This document shows, one piece after another, positions 24,963 to 37,808 of a DNA stretch of 64,000 nt (the stretch's first letter is position 1; each line of letters opens with the position of its first letter). Source of the DNA: Neoechinorhynchus agilis (lineage: Eukaryota > Animalia > Acanthocephala); NCBI GenBank assembly GCA_051530055.1, contig CM121342.1, positions 7,696,691 to 7,760,690 of the forward strand. The letters run 5' to 3'. The notes under the pieces are model-generated. The model worked only from the letters and a program-made list of their open reading frames with translations. It had not been told where the DNA came from and searched no databases. The translations under genes were made by a program, and so were the position numbers.

Positions 24963-25000
24963 GCACATTCACCGCCTCCCGCCAAATTCCAGCTTTTGAG
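24963..25000 (-). mobile_element. ~36-nt 3' terminus of the CRE-clade element
   Basis: CAAAAGCTGGAATTTGGCGGGAGGCGGTGAATGTG versus 43576-43610 CAAAAGCTGGAATTCGGCGGGAGGTGGTGAGTGTG. Confidence 0.85.
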
Positions 25001-26237
25001 CCGCCACGTGTTTAATTCTCTCACCGTTACCAGGTTTTGTTTTTTAGCGAGATAATCTGCGTAGCTCTTGGACCATCGATTTTCAAGGCGGCCAAAATGG
25101 ACTGCGGGACGAATGCCGGGCGAAGACCGAAGTACGCGAGAGCCAGGTAAGTGTTTGTCCTATTAAAGGTAACTGTTGATATGTTATTTCCTCGCAAAAT
25201 GACCGATGGAATGGAATACACGGGATAGTTTCTCGCAATCAAATCTCGAATTCGATTTTCGGACAAGTCGATGTATTCGAGTTTTTTATTGTTACGAAAA
25301 AGATTGCAATGGACATAGTTTAGTTGGTTGTAACTAATCGAGAAGATTTCCAGTAGACGATTATTTCTAAAACTGTCCGAATTGATCGTTGTTATTAGAT
25401 TATGATCAAGAAATATATCTCTCAAGCTTGTTAACTTCAAAAAAGCGTTTTTGTGCAAGTCTTTAATTTTATTATGAAGAAATTGGTGACATTTGCAAGA
25501 TAGGTAATATGGAGATAACGAAGATTTTTAAACGATTCAATTTTGTCTACGGATTTTATTGGATTACCAACTATGTATAATTCCTTAAGATTGTAAAAAG
25601 AGCTGCAATCTTGTGCAGATAAATGTTCAATCAAATTATAACTTAGATCCAGTACTTTTAGGTATCTTAGTCTGCTAATAACGTTTATACTTTCACTTGT
25701 GAGAATATTGTTCGATAAACGAAGTATCCTCAATAACGGCAATTGCTGTGGGAATTGGACAGGAATTACTGATATGTTATTGAAACTCAAACATAGTCCA
25801 ACAACTCTCTTAAGATCTTTAAAAGCGTCCTCTTGAATCTTATCAATTCCAGCTCTCTCAGTATCCAACTGTTTTACACCTCTGAATTTATAAAGTAAAG
25901 AACTGTTTAGTATTGGCGATCTGTATGATTTTTCCGATTCATGAGAGAAAGTTACTTTAACGACTTGGGGAAATAACGAGGCAGAATTTTCAGGAATATC
26001 TTTTAGATCGACATTATAAAATTCAAAATTTTCATGATTGCGTTGAGCAGATCGTAGTAAATTAGTAATCGATTTCATTCTGCCAACATCATCATTTTGG
26101 TAACATCGTATTCCAACGCCTGAGATCGGTTGACAGTGCGTTAACCCGCACTTCGGTTCTCTTCCACTCGGTTCCATTGAAATAAGATTTAGTTGAATGA
26201 CTAACAACAGAAAATTTAAATGAAACACTTTAAACAT
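25001..26237 (-). pseudogene. LRR gene copy A (frameshifting internal deletion near 25480; 3' end replaced)
   Basis: ATG at 26237; about 265 bp between LANVT and HNKIK missing relative to B and C; extra A at ~25045; 5' flank homologous to copy C. Confidence 0.9.
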
Positions 26238-26734
26238 TGCCTTTAAAAAACGACGACGAAAAATTTGCATGAGTAAAAATATGCGTGAAATCCTTAAAGA
26301 ATTAGTACAAGAGCAATACAACACTTTCTCCTGATGCGCGGAGAAAAAGCCAAATTTTACTTCTATCTCGGTAACTTTAGCGACTTCTAATTGACCAGAA
26401 TGATAATTTTCGGCTATGAATACGGTTATGTGAACCTTTCAATCCGAAGCGTAAATGAATTACAATTAAAAATTGTATCATTAATTCGGCTGGATTTGCC
26501 CAAGTTCAGACATTTAAAAAGGTAAAAGCAACCGATTTCCTTTTCAGTCTGCGACAAATTAAAAATTAATAAAGGAATGAAACTTTAACAAAAACTTTAA
26601 GAATCAGAATATTTTTCAGTTTTATTGTCGGCTTTAATCCTTACAAACAATTATTTTTCGTCTATACCGATCAAAAAGGATTATTGGATGTTTTTAAATA
26701 ACTTTTTTTAACACGAGAGATAAATTTTTAATAA

Positions 26735-27100
26735 ATCATTCACACCACCGTTCTGGATAACTGAGCTGCCGTCCTGGTTTAACGGTCGAAAACACGGAAC
26801 AGCAAGACTTATGTTTCGTAGCAGGAATGCTCCCGATATCGGATCGCCATTGATTCCTCTCAATCTCTTGGATAATTGGTTGACCAGGTCCTACGCCGCG
26901 GTATTAAACGATTTGAGTGTCTCGACCCGAAAAAGAACGAAATAATGATTTCGACCCCTGCATTTAATCTTTTTGCTATCCTCAGCGGCGGTTGCTACTC
27001 CCCTGGTTTAATAGGAACGAATGCAATGTTGCTGGCTGCGGACGTGTCCACGAACGTGGCGCCCGCCTTTAGTTCCCCGGCAGTTACCAATGAGATCTAA
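26735..27100 (-). mobile_element. Diverged CRE-clade RLE 3' fragment
   Basis: ATFVDTSAASNI..AEDSKKIKC..HYFVLFRVETLKSF..DLVNQLSKRLRGINGDPISGAFLLRNISLAV aligns to ORF 42468-43604. Confidence 0.85.
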
Positions 27101-27941
27101 TGCATCGCCATGACCAACTTATTCCTTCAGCCAAATTGAGTTGGGCTGAGCATAATAATTTGTATGGTTCCGAATTGGGATGTCTTCTCAGATTTTTAAT
27201 GGGAATAATTGTTTGTTCCTCTTGGATTTCGTTTAATTAATCCCTAGAGAGCTCTGTGGGAAGGTTAGACATAATCAGATTAACTTTCAAAGACATATCA
27301 ATAAATTTTGATGTTGAAGTCATTTAGCATTTGGACAAATAATTGTTTTTATGAAGATTGGTCAGCAGGTACCTGTTTCAGAGTAGTAATTAGATTACTC
27401 ATAGCACTGAACCATCCGGTACGAGCATGTACATCCCTCCGGATCCTCCGATACCTCCAGGAGGCGGGACTCATCAGTGAGTTTCCTCCCTTCAGCGGTA
27501 TTTCGTCCCGAACCAGGTCGGTGAGCTGTGCGCCAGGCCACACATCGAAATAATTGTTATTAAGTTCACAAAAAATTAACATTGTTGCAAACTTTGTGTT
27601 GAAACATTCTTTGTCTTTAAGTTTTAGGAATTTAGAAACCCCCAGTTGCTCTATCAGGTACTTTACAAATGTAGTTCTCCTTCCTGTTAGTCTTTTAAGG
27701 AGCTATGAAGCATTAGTATAGGAGGAACTTGTATGTTAACAAAATTTCTTCATAATGTCGACACAATCACTCAAGACAACTTATATCACACACACGGGAG
27801 CAAACAACTAACCGTTACTTTTTCTTCGTCGATGTATCAGTCCACAGTATTCGGTCAACGAAAGCCAGCGAAATCCGGAGGTCCTGGAGGTCTCATTGGT
27901 ATTGAAATCGGTTCCGAGCGCAAAAAAACCCACAAAAACCA

Positions 27942-30900
27942 TCGCAAAAAGTAAAAGCAACAACAACGTCGTAACGTCCGTTCTTACAACAAAAAGCAAA
28001 TCCACGAACGTCTCGCGCATTAGAGAAATAAACAACAAGGCGAGGTTTGCCTTCAACAACTAAACGTGAGAGTACCGCTTTCGCTGTTAATGCACAAAAA
28101 ACTGCGATACGCCTTTTTATACAGCAAAGTGAGAAGGATCTCATTCGTCGCGAAAGTAAAATAAACAATAACGTCGTAACGTCCGTTCCTTACAACTAAA
28201 AGCAAATCCACGTACGTCTCGTGCATTAGAGAAACAACAACAAAGCGACGTCCGCCTTCAACAACAAAACGTGAGAGTACCGCTTGCGTTGTCATTGTAC
28301 AAAGACTGCGATACGCCTTTTTATCAAGCCAAGTGAGAAAGATCTCATTCGTCGCGAAAGTAAAATAAACAATAACGTCTTAACGTCCGTTCCTTACAAC
28401 TAAAAGCAAATCCACGTACGTCTCGTGAATTAGAGAAACAACAACAAAGCGACGTCCGCCTTCAACAACTAAACGTGAGAGTACCGCTTTCGCTGTTAAT
28501 GAACAAAAAACTGCGATACGCCTTTTTATACAGCAAAGTGAGAAAGATCTCATTCGTCGCGAAAGTAAAATAAACAATAACGTCGTAACGTCCGTTCCTT
28601 ACAACTAAAAGCAAATCCACGTACGTCTCGTGCATTAGAGAAACAACAACAAAGCGACGTCCGCCTTCAACAACTAAACGTGAGAGTACCGCTTGCGTTG
28701 TTATTGTACAAAGACTGCGATACGCCTTTTTATCAAGCAAAGTGAGAAAGATCTCATTCGTCGCGAAAGTAAAATAAACAATAACGTCTTAACGTCCGTT
28801 CCTTACAACTAAAAGCAAATCCACGTACGTCTCGTGCATTAGAGAAACAACAACAAAGCGACGTCCGCCTTCAACAACTAAACGTGAGAGTACCGCCTGC
28901 GTTGTTATTGTACAAAGACTGCGATACGCCCTTTTGTCAATCCCTGTTAGAAAGATCTCATTCGTCGCGAAAGTAAAATAAACAATAACGTCTTAACGTC
29001 CGTTCCTTACAACTAAAAGCAAATCCACGTACGTCTCGTGCATTAGAGAAACAACAACAAAGCGACGTCCGCCTTCAACAACTAAACGTGAGAGTACCGC
29101 TTGCGTTGTCATTGTACAAAGACTGCGATACGCCTTTTTATCAAGCCAAGTGAGAAAGATCTCATTCGTCGCGAAAGTAAAATAAACAATAACGTCTTAA
29201 CGTCCGTTCCTTACAACTAAAAGCAAATCCACGTACGTCTCGTGCATTAGAGAAACAACAACAAAGCGACGTCCGCCTTCAACAACTAAACGTGAGAGTA
29301 CCGCTTGCGTTGTCATTGTACAAAGACTGCGATACGCCTTTTTATCAAGCCAAGTGAGAAAGATCTCATTCGTCGCGAAAGTAAAATAAACAATAACGTC
29401 TTAACGTCCGTTCCTTACAACTAAAAGCAAATCCACGTACGTCTCGTGCATTAGAGAAACAACAACAAAGCGACGTCCGCCTTCAACAACTAAACGTGAG
29501 AGTACCGCTTGCGTTGTTATTGTACAAAGACTGCGATACGCCCTTTTGTCAATCCATGTGAGAAAGATCTCATTCGTCGCGAAAGTAAAATAAACAATAA
29601 CGTCTTAACGTCCGTTCCTTACAACTAAAAGCAAATCCACGTACGTCTCGTGCATTAGAGAAACAACAACAAAGCGACGTCCGCCTTCAACAACTAAACG
29701 TGAGAGTACCGCTTGCGTTGTCATTGTACAAAGACTGCGATACGCCCCTTTGTCAATCCCTGTTAGAAAGATCTCATTCGTCGCGAAAGTAAAATAAACA
29801 ATAACGTCTTAACGTCCGTTCCTTACAACTAAAAGCAAATCCACGTACGTCTCGTGCATTAGAGAAACAACAACAAAGCGACGTCCGCCTTCAACAACAA
29901 AACGTGAGAGTACCGCTTGCGTTGTCATTGTACAAAGACTGCGATACGCCTTTTTATCAAGCCAAGTGAGAAAGATCTCATTCGTCGCGAAAGTAAAATA
30001 AACAATAACGTCTTAACGTCCGTTCCTTACAACTAAAAGCAAATCCACGTACGTCTCGTGCATTAGAGAAACAACAACAAAGCGACGTCCGCCTTCAACA
30101 ACTAAACGTGAGAGTACCGCTTGCGTTGTCATTGTACAAAGACTGCGATACGCCCCTTTGTCAATCCCTGTTAGAAAGATCTCATTCGTCGCGAAAGTAA
30201 AATAAACAATAACGTCTTAACGTCCGTTCCTTACAACTAAAAGCAAATCCACGTACGTCTCGTGCATTAGAGAAACAACAACAAAGCGACGTCCGCCTTC
30301 AACAACAAAACGTGAGAGTACCGCTTGCGTTGTCATTGTACAAAGACTGCGATACGCCCTTTTGTCAATCCATGTGAGAAAGATCTCATTCGTCGCGAAA
30401 GTAAAATAAACAATAACGTCTTAACGTCCGTTCCTTACAACTAAAAGCAAATCCACGTACGTCTCGTGAATTAGAGAAACAACAACAAAGCGACGTCCGC
30501 CTTCAACAACTAAACGTGAGAGTACCGCTTGCGTTGTCATTGTACAAAGACTGCGATACGCCCCTTTGTCAATCCCTGTTAGAAAGATCTCATTCGTCGC
30601 GAAAGTAAAATAAACAATAACGTCGTAACGTCCGTTCCTTACAACTAAAAGCAAATCCACGTACGTCTCGTGCATTAGAGAAACAACAACAAAGCGACGT
30701 CCGCCTTCAACAACTAAACGAGTACCGCTTGCGTTGTTATTGTACAAAGACTGCGATACGCCTTTTTATCAATCCATGTTAGAAAGATCTCATTCGTCGC
30801 GAAAGTAAAATAAACAATAACGTCTTAACGTCCGTTCCTTACAACTAAAAGCAAATCCACGTACGTCTCGTGCATTAGAGAAACAACAACAAAGCGACGT

Positions 30901-32189
30901 CCGCCTTCAACAACTAAACGTGAGAGTACCGCTTGCGTTGTTATTGTACAAAGACTGCGATACGCCCCTTTGTCAATCCCTGTTAGAAAGATCTCATTCG
31001 TCGCGAAAGTAAAATAAACAATAACGTCGTAACGTCCGTTCCTTACAACTAAAAGCAAATCCACGTACGTCTCGTGCATTAGAGAAACAACAACAAAGCG
31101 ACGTCCGCCTTCAACAACTAAACGTGAGAGTACCGCTTGCGTTGTTATTGTACAAAGACTGCGATACGCCCCTTTGTCAATCCCTGTTAGAAAGATCTCA
31201 TTCGTCGCGAAAGTAAAATAAACAATAACGTCTTAACGTCCGTTCCTTACAACTAAAAGCAAATCCACGTACGTCTCGTGCATTAGAGAAACAACAACAA
31301 AGCGACGTCCGCCTTCAACAAAACGTGAGAGTACCGCCTGCGTTGTTATTGTACAAAGACTGCGATACGCCCCTTTGTCAATCCCTGTTAGAAAGATCTC
31401 ATTCGTCGCGAAAGTAAAATAAACAATAACGTCTTAACGTCCGTTCCTTACAACTAAAAGCAAATCCACGTACGTCTCGTGCATTAGAGAAACAACAACA
31501 AAGCGACGTCCGCCTTCAACAACTAAACGTGAGAGTACCGCTTGCGTTGTCATTGTACAAAGACTGCGATACGCCCCTTTGTCAATCCCTGTTAGAAAGA
31601 TCTCATTCGTCGCGAAAGTAAAATAAACAATAACGTCTTAACGTCCGTTCCTTACAACTAAAAGCAAATCCACGTACGTCTCGTGCATTAGAGAAACAAC
31701 AACAAAGCGACGTCCGCCTTCAACAACTAAACGTGAGAGTACCGCCTGCGTTGTTATTGTACAAAGACTGCGATACGCCTTTTTATCAAGCCATGTGAGA
31801 AAGATCTCATTCGTCGCGAAAGTAAAATAAACAATAACGTCTTAACGTCCGTTCCTTACAACTAAAAGCAAATCCACGTACGTCTCGTGCATTAGAGAAA
31901 CAACAACAAAGCGACGTCCGCCTTCAACAACTAAACGTGAGAGTACCGCCTGCGTTGTTATTGTACAAAGACTGCGATACGCCCCTTTGTCAATCCCTGT
32001 TAGAAAGGTCTCATTCGTCGCGAAGGTAAAATAAACAATAACGTCGTAACGTCCGTTCCTTACAACTAAAAGCAAATCCACGTACGTCTCGTTCATTGGA
32101 GAAACAACAACAAAGCGACGTCCGCCTTCAACAACTAAACGTGAGAGTACCGCTTGCGTTGTTATTGTACAAAGACTGCGATACGCCCT
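27942..32189. repeat. Tandem satellite with a 204-bp unit (~21 copies) made of three diverged ~68-bp monomers
   Basis: AACAATAACG recurs at 28981, 29185 and 29389 (period 204); the leftmost units are more diverged. Confidence 0.97.
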
Positions 32190-33485
32190 CGCAAATCTCG
32201 GAGATTTCAGAGAAACAATTCTTAAACAATCTGTATCATAAATGTAGTACAGATTGTAAGATGATTTCTGCGGATGTCATTTCTCTTTTCACAAAGATAC
32301 CACTGGAGATCGCTATCCAATTTACTCTTCCTCTCTTACTCAAGAATGACGAAGGTTGGAATTTAGCCGCAAATATGTGGCACCAACTTATTACTATGTG
32401 GACTAAACACTCCAATTTCATGTTTGAAGACTCAAATTATGAGCCGATCAATGAGTTGCGATGGGGAGCCCACTTGCTCTTGTCTTAGCTGAACTGTACA
32501 TGAGAAAATTGGAATGAGAAAATCTATCTACGATAACGGGTGTCCAATTGTGGCAGCGGTATATTGACGACACATTTATTTGGATTGTTGAAGATGTTAA
32601 TGTGGATGTTTTTACCCATATTCTCAATTCAAAGGATACAAATGTACAGTGGACAGTAGATGCCGAAAAGGATCATAAGCTACCTTTCTTGGATATCGAA
32701 ATTGAGCGAACTGATATCTTTGCAACCAAAGTCTATCGGAAAGTCCGGATTCCTACTAATATCACTCCTTTCAACACGATGTCACCAATCTACGACAAGA
32801 TAAGCATCATGAGATAACTTTATTCGAGGGCTTATACATATTGTTCAACAAGCGAATGTTTGAATAAAGAGTCTAATCATCTAAACATGATGTTTAAAAC
32901 AATGGGATATCCAGCGAACATGATTAGGAGATATAGCATGTGGGCTAGGAGCAAAACAAAAAGAATAACGGACAAATCTTGAATTCACATTAGCGTCCCC
33001 TATGTCAGCGAAACGATACACGGTGATTTGAAGAGGATCATCAAGATGAAAACGCCAAAGGACAAGGACATCACAATATACACGAAGAACCCTTTAGGAT
33101 CATGGGACGGATACAAGAGATGTTAAGATGAGACCATAGAATTGTTCTTACGTTGGACAGACTAACGATATAGTCTGTAGAATTAAAGAACATCAATACA
33201 CACTTAGAAGGGAAAATGATGGAAGTTCTGCCGTACTCAATCATTTTGCCCATCATGGACACCTTATGGGTTTAGATGAAACTAAAATCATGGTTCGCAG
33301 TGACTTACGCGTATTGACAGGTCATCATGGAGGCCTTAATAATTCTACAATCAAAAACGGTGGAAGGCAACAAAGCGGACCACGTTTTGCAGATGAGAGT
33401 CGTGTAAATGTTTTTCCTAACCTTTCAGATCCAGATAAAGGCTATGGAATGAGGCGAAATATCGATTTTATAAATTTACATAATT
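32190..33485 (+). mobile_element. Degenerate 5'-truncated Penelope-like element fused to the satellite end
   Basis: ISADVISLFTKIP, WQRYIDDTF, LPFLDI, decayed RIKEH, decayed hammerhead near 33431-33475. Confidence 0.9.
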
Positions 33486-33589
33486 TTTGTCGTCATTACA
33501 CAACAATCATGAGCAGTTTCATTTATCAAAACAAAATTAGAAAAAAGTCTTAAGTTTAACCTCTACTTTAGTAATAATTATAGATAAGT

Positions 33590-34000
33590 TCATCCATTAA
33601 TGAAATTATTATCATCTTTATGTGCTTCGCAGGACGTTGTAGGCCTATTTTACCGCTTTTGGATTTCGGAATAAGGGAACGAATTACGATTTCATTTCTT
33701 GAGATGTTGGAGGGCTTCATTTGAAGGAAATCAGGGAAATATTGAAGAGTTGACAGAAAGTTTAGTTGACAGTTTGCGTGGAGTCTGAGATGAGGCAATG
33801 GCTGTAATTTGAGTGGGGCAGAGGATCTGATTGGTAGAGTCTCGGAAATGTTTCAGTTCAGAAAAAGACAAGCTTGGGGTGGAATAAGGATTGCGTTGAC
33901 CAACAGAGTCTTTGAAGGCCCACCACCATGTTGAATTGCAACGAAAGCTTTTGCGGGAGATTTATTTCGACGGATCTTAGATGTTTGACATTAAAGAAGT
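33590..34000 (-). mobile_element. Possible highly decayed LINE RT fragment
   Basis: SIFPDF..IVIRSLIPKSKSGKIGLQRP loosely resembles the G.FP..WK..vipIPK..yRP region. Confidence 0.3.
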
Positions 34001-34124
34001 TTTTGGGTATTCCAATGAATTTTTTGAGTTAGTAAAATGTTAACCTTTTGATTTCGATATGATAGCTGCGCGTACCGTAAAACGAATCCAACGATAAAAC
34101 GTTTTAATAATAGGATCTTAAAAT

Positions 34125-36053
34125 TCAGTAATTAAAAGTTGCTTTAATTTTCATTCCTTCGACGACTATCTGTCCAAGCGATCTCATCACTGCGAAGTGA
34201 TCAATATTAAAGTGCTGGACTAGATTGTTTGAAACATTCAAGAAAACAAGATTCGGCATTTTGATATCATAAAGGCTTCCTGGTATACTTCTAAGTTTGT
34301 TATCAGCAAGATTAAAAAATATAAGATTTTCCAATCCGTCGAACGCATCAACAGGAAATGTACTGAGATCGTTTTGACTGAGATCGATAGCTTCCAACAG
34401 GCTAGCAGCTTCAAATGCTTTTGACTTTATATTGGTTATTATATTTGATTGGAGACTCAAATATTTAAGATTGGATAAACCTGAAAAATCGGAAGGAGCA
34501 AGCATTGTTATTTGATTATTGCTCAAGTCCAGAGAAGTTAAAGTATTGATTGGTAGCCACATATTGATTTCTGTCACCGTTGTCATGTTTTTGTTTTTTA
34601 GCGAGATAATCTGTGTAGCTCTTGGACCATAGATTTTCAAGGCGGTTAAAATGGACTGCGGGACGAATTCCGAGCGAAGGCCGAAATATGCTAGATTCAA
34701 GTAAGTGTTTGTCCTATTGAAGGTAACTGTTGATATGTTATTTCCTCGCAAAATGACCGATGGAATGGAATACACGGGATAGTTTCTCGCAATCAAATCT
34801 CGAATTCGATTTTCGGACAAGTCGATGTATTCGAGTTTTTTATTGTTACGAAAAAGATTGCAATGGACATAGTTTAGTTGGTTGTAACTAATCGAGAAGA
34901 TTTCCAGTAGACGATTATTTCTAAAACTGTCCGAATTGATCGTTGTTATTAGATTATGATCAAGAAATATATCTCTCAAGCCTGTTAACTTCGAAAAAGC
35001 GTTTTTGTGGAAGCCGTTTATTTTATTATGAGGAAGACGGAGTATTGTAAGACTTGTCCAGTAATCGAAATCATTTTCGTCGATGAATTTTATTTGATTA
35101 AACACTAATGAAAATTTCTTTATATTTTCCTTTGTTTGTAAGTTTCCAGGTGGAATCGATTTCAATTGATTTCTCGTTATCTCAAGATTTTCAAGTCGAG
35201 GCGCTGCAACTAACAAGTTAGTGTCAAACGCTTTAGCTGATCCATCAGTGATAATAAATTCATATAACCTTGAATATTGGTCTTTATGGCTTAATAAATC
35301 GGTTACATTTGCGAGATAGGTAATATGGAGATAACGAAGATTTTTAAACGATTCCATTTTGTCTACGGATTTTATTGGATTACCAACTATGTACAATTCC
35401 TCAAGATTGTAAAAAGCGCTGTAGTCCTGTGCAGATAAATGTTCAATCAAATTATTATTTAAATCCAATACTTTTAGGTATCTTAGTCTGCTAATAACGT
35501 TTATACTTTCACTTGTGAGAATATTGTTCGATAAACGAAGTATCCTCAATAACGGCAATTGCTTTGGGAATTGGGTGGGAATTACTGATATGTTGTTGAA
35601 ACTCAAACTTAGTCGAAGAATTCTCATAAATTCTTTAAAAGCGTCTTCTTGAATCTTAACAATTCCAGCTCGCTCAATGTCCAACTGTCTCACACTTTTG
35701 AGTTTATGAAGTAAAGAATTGCTCAGTACTGACGATTTGTATGATTTTTCCGATTCATGAGCGAAAGTTACTTTAACAACTTGGGGAAATAACGAAGCGA
35801 AATTTTCAGGAATATCTTTTAGATCGACATTATAAAATTCAAAGTTTTCCTGACTGCGTTGAGCAGATCGTAATAAATTAGCAATCAATTCCACTCTCCC
35901 AACATCATCATTTTCGTAACATCGTATTCCAAAGCCTGAGATCGGTTGACAGTGCGTTAGCTCGCACTTCGGTTCTCTTCCACTCGGTTCCATTGAAATA
36001 AGATTTAGTTGAATGACTAACAATAGAATATTAAAATGAAACACTTTAAACAT
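34125..36053 (-). CDS. LRR protein copy B: intact, intronless, 642 aa, putative signal peptide, no TM or TIR domain
   Basis: 1929-bp ORF from MFKVFHFNILLLVIQL; many LxxLxLxxNxI repeats. Confidence 0.92.
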   Translation of the reverse strand: MFKVFHFNILLLVIQLNLISMEPSGREPKCELTHCQPISGFGIRCYENDDVGRVELIANLLRSAQRSQENFEFYNVDLKDIPENFASLFPQVVKVTFAHESEKSYKSSVLSNSLLHKLKSVRQLDIERAGIVKIQEDAFKEFMRILRLSLSFNNISVIPTQFPKQLPLLRILRLSNNILTSESINVISRLRYLKVLDLNNNLIEHLSAQDYSAFYNLEELYIVGNPIKSVDKMESFKNLRYLHITYLANVTDLLSHKDQYSRLYEFIITDGSAKAFDTNLLVAAPRLENLEITRNQLKSIPPGNLQTKENIKKFSLVFNQIKFIDENDFDYWTSLTILRLPHNKINGFHKNAFSKLTGLRDIFLDHNLITTINSDSFRNNRLLEIFSISYNQLNYVHCNLFRNNKKLEYIDLSENRIRDLIARNYPVYSIPSVILRGNNISTVTFNRTNTYLNLAYFGLRSEFVPQSILTALKIYGPRATQIISLKNKNMTTVTEINMWLPINTLTSLDLSNNQITMLAPSDFSGLSNLKYLSLQSNIITNIKSKAFEAASLLEAIDLSQNDLSTFPVDAFDGLENLIFFNLADNKLRSIPGSLYDIKMPNLVFLNVSNNLVQHFNIDHFAVMRSLGQIVVEGMKIKATFNY

Positions 36054-37808
36054 TGCGGCTAGAAAACGACGGCGAAAAAATAGAGACAACTCGTGTACAT
36101 TTATACATTTTGCATGAGTAAAAATATGCGTTAGATCCTTAAGGGATGAGTATAAGAGCAATACAACGCTCTTTTCACCGATGCGTGGAGAAAACGGCAA
36201 AATCTTGGTTTTACCTCGAAAACTTGAGTTACATTTAATAATTCGGAATTAGATAGACTTTGCGGTTGGGAAAAAGTATTATGTAAGACTGTCAATCTGA
36301 AACATAAAAAAGTGGAATCATTTATTCAGCCGAGAGCAAAAGTGAAAAGGATATATATAAATATCTAATTTGAGTTTGTACCTATGAGGAAATTTCGAGG
36401 CAGCTACTCAAGTACTTATTTTCGAACCTGAACTTTTTAGGTCACATAAATATTTCAAGCTTTTTTCCATAAATATTCACCTGAGGAATTGAATATGGTA
36501 TCGAAGATACGGTCTCTTAGCCTTTTCGACTTTTTCGCACTTTTCTGATCTCTTGATGACGTTGAAGCTTCCCAATATAGTAAGTTAGAAGATCAGTTGG
36601 AAAATTGATCTTCAGTGTAACATTTAATTTTTTTAAATTTTTTAATACCAATAAAGGAAAAATGGCAGAAAGATTGATGCAGCTCAAATAAAATTGGTTC
36701 AACAAATATTGCGAATATTCTTTGAGTATCAAAGGTCGAATTTTGCAATATTTTTTAACTCGACATTGCAAATGGTAGAATTGCTTAATTGTTTACGTGC
36801 AATCTTCAAAGCAAATTCCATTTTTATGAGTAAATTTCACCCAATAAAACCATGTAAAAGTAATTGCAAATCGATAGTTAACCTGTTTATTGTGGTCCTT
36901 AAATTCTTTATTAGTATTTCTTCTAAAATCTTCCAACGTTATTCAAGATACTTCTATTGGCCACAAATTGCGACGTAATTGAACCTCTTTTTGTCAAGTG
37001 CTTATAAAATAAAATTGCAAGTTGTCACGGTGCTGAGATGAATGGTAATTTGCCTTCATTTCGGGTTTTGGTTCAATTAAGAATATCGGCAATTTGGGAT
37101 CCTACAGTGCTTGAATAAAAAGTACTTTTCATCATAACACCGAAGTCTTTAATTTAGGAGCTTGTTTTAAAAGATTAAATGTTTACTGAATTGTTTTTAT
37201 AACTAAATCACAACAAATCTCGGATAATCAAAAGTTTTCAACAAGTTGGAAACAAAAAGTACACATTATAGGCAAAACCCATTAATAATATAACCATTAA
37301 GAGTCAAATGGGACTTAAAGAGAGGGTATTACAAATGAAATCGATTATAACTAATGGCTTTAGATTTGTTCAGATTTTCATGATGCCTCAAAAGAAATGC
37401 AACGATAAAAGATGGAATAAAATAGAGCAGAAAAGTATCCAATACTTCAGCAGACCAATAAACAGAATAATCCTATGACGTGGTGGATTAATCAGCCGCT
37501 AAGATTAATCGAGCAAAACATTGAAATAAAATCACTGATTTTCAGTTCAGATCTCGAAATAAATAGTATGACAAATTTTTCCAACTTTGAAACATTGAAA
37601 TTCTTGATGCAGCTTAAAAACACCAGTCGCATATTCATGGATTCTTATTGGTAGAAATGCAATTATTATCTAGTAAATAATAATTTATCAATCAGCATTT
37701 TCCAGAAATTGTTTTTTAATTATATAATGATTACGTAATATAATTATACCACAAAACGAAACCCTTTCTGAGAAGGTCACAAAAGCGAAAAAGCTATATT
37801 GCCCAAAA

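Noticed and set aside
27942-32189. CRISPR-like array or a coding repeat (68-codon minus frame with a TAA/TAC toggle)
   Set aside because: The variable block has only a few recurring haplotypes rather than unique spacers, and there are no cas genes. The ~68-bp monomers are not a multiple of 3 and most units carry the stop, so one nearly open frame of six is unremarkable.
27942-32189. Spliced-leader RNA, 5S or snRNA gene array
   Set aside because: No recognisable 5S or snRNA sequence and no convincing SL donor plus Sm-site arrangement on either strand.
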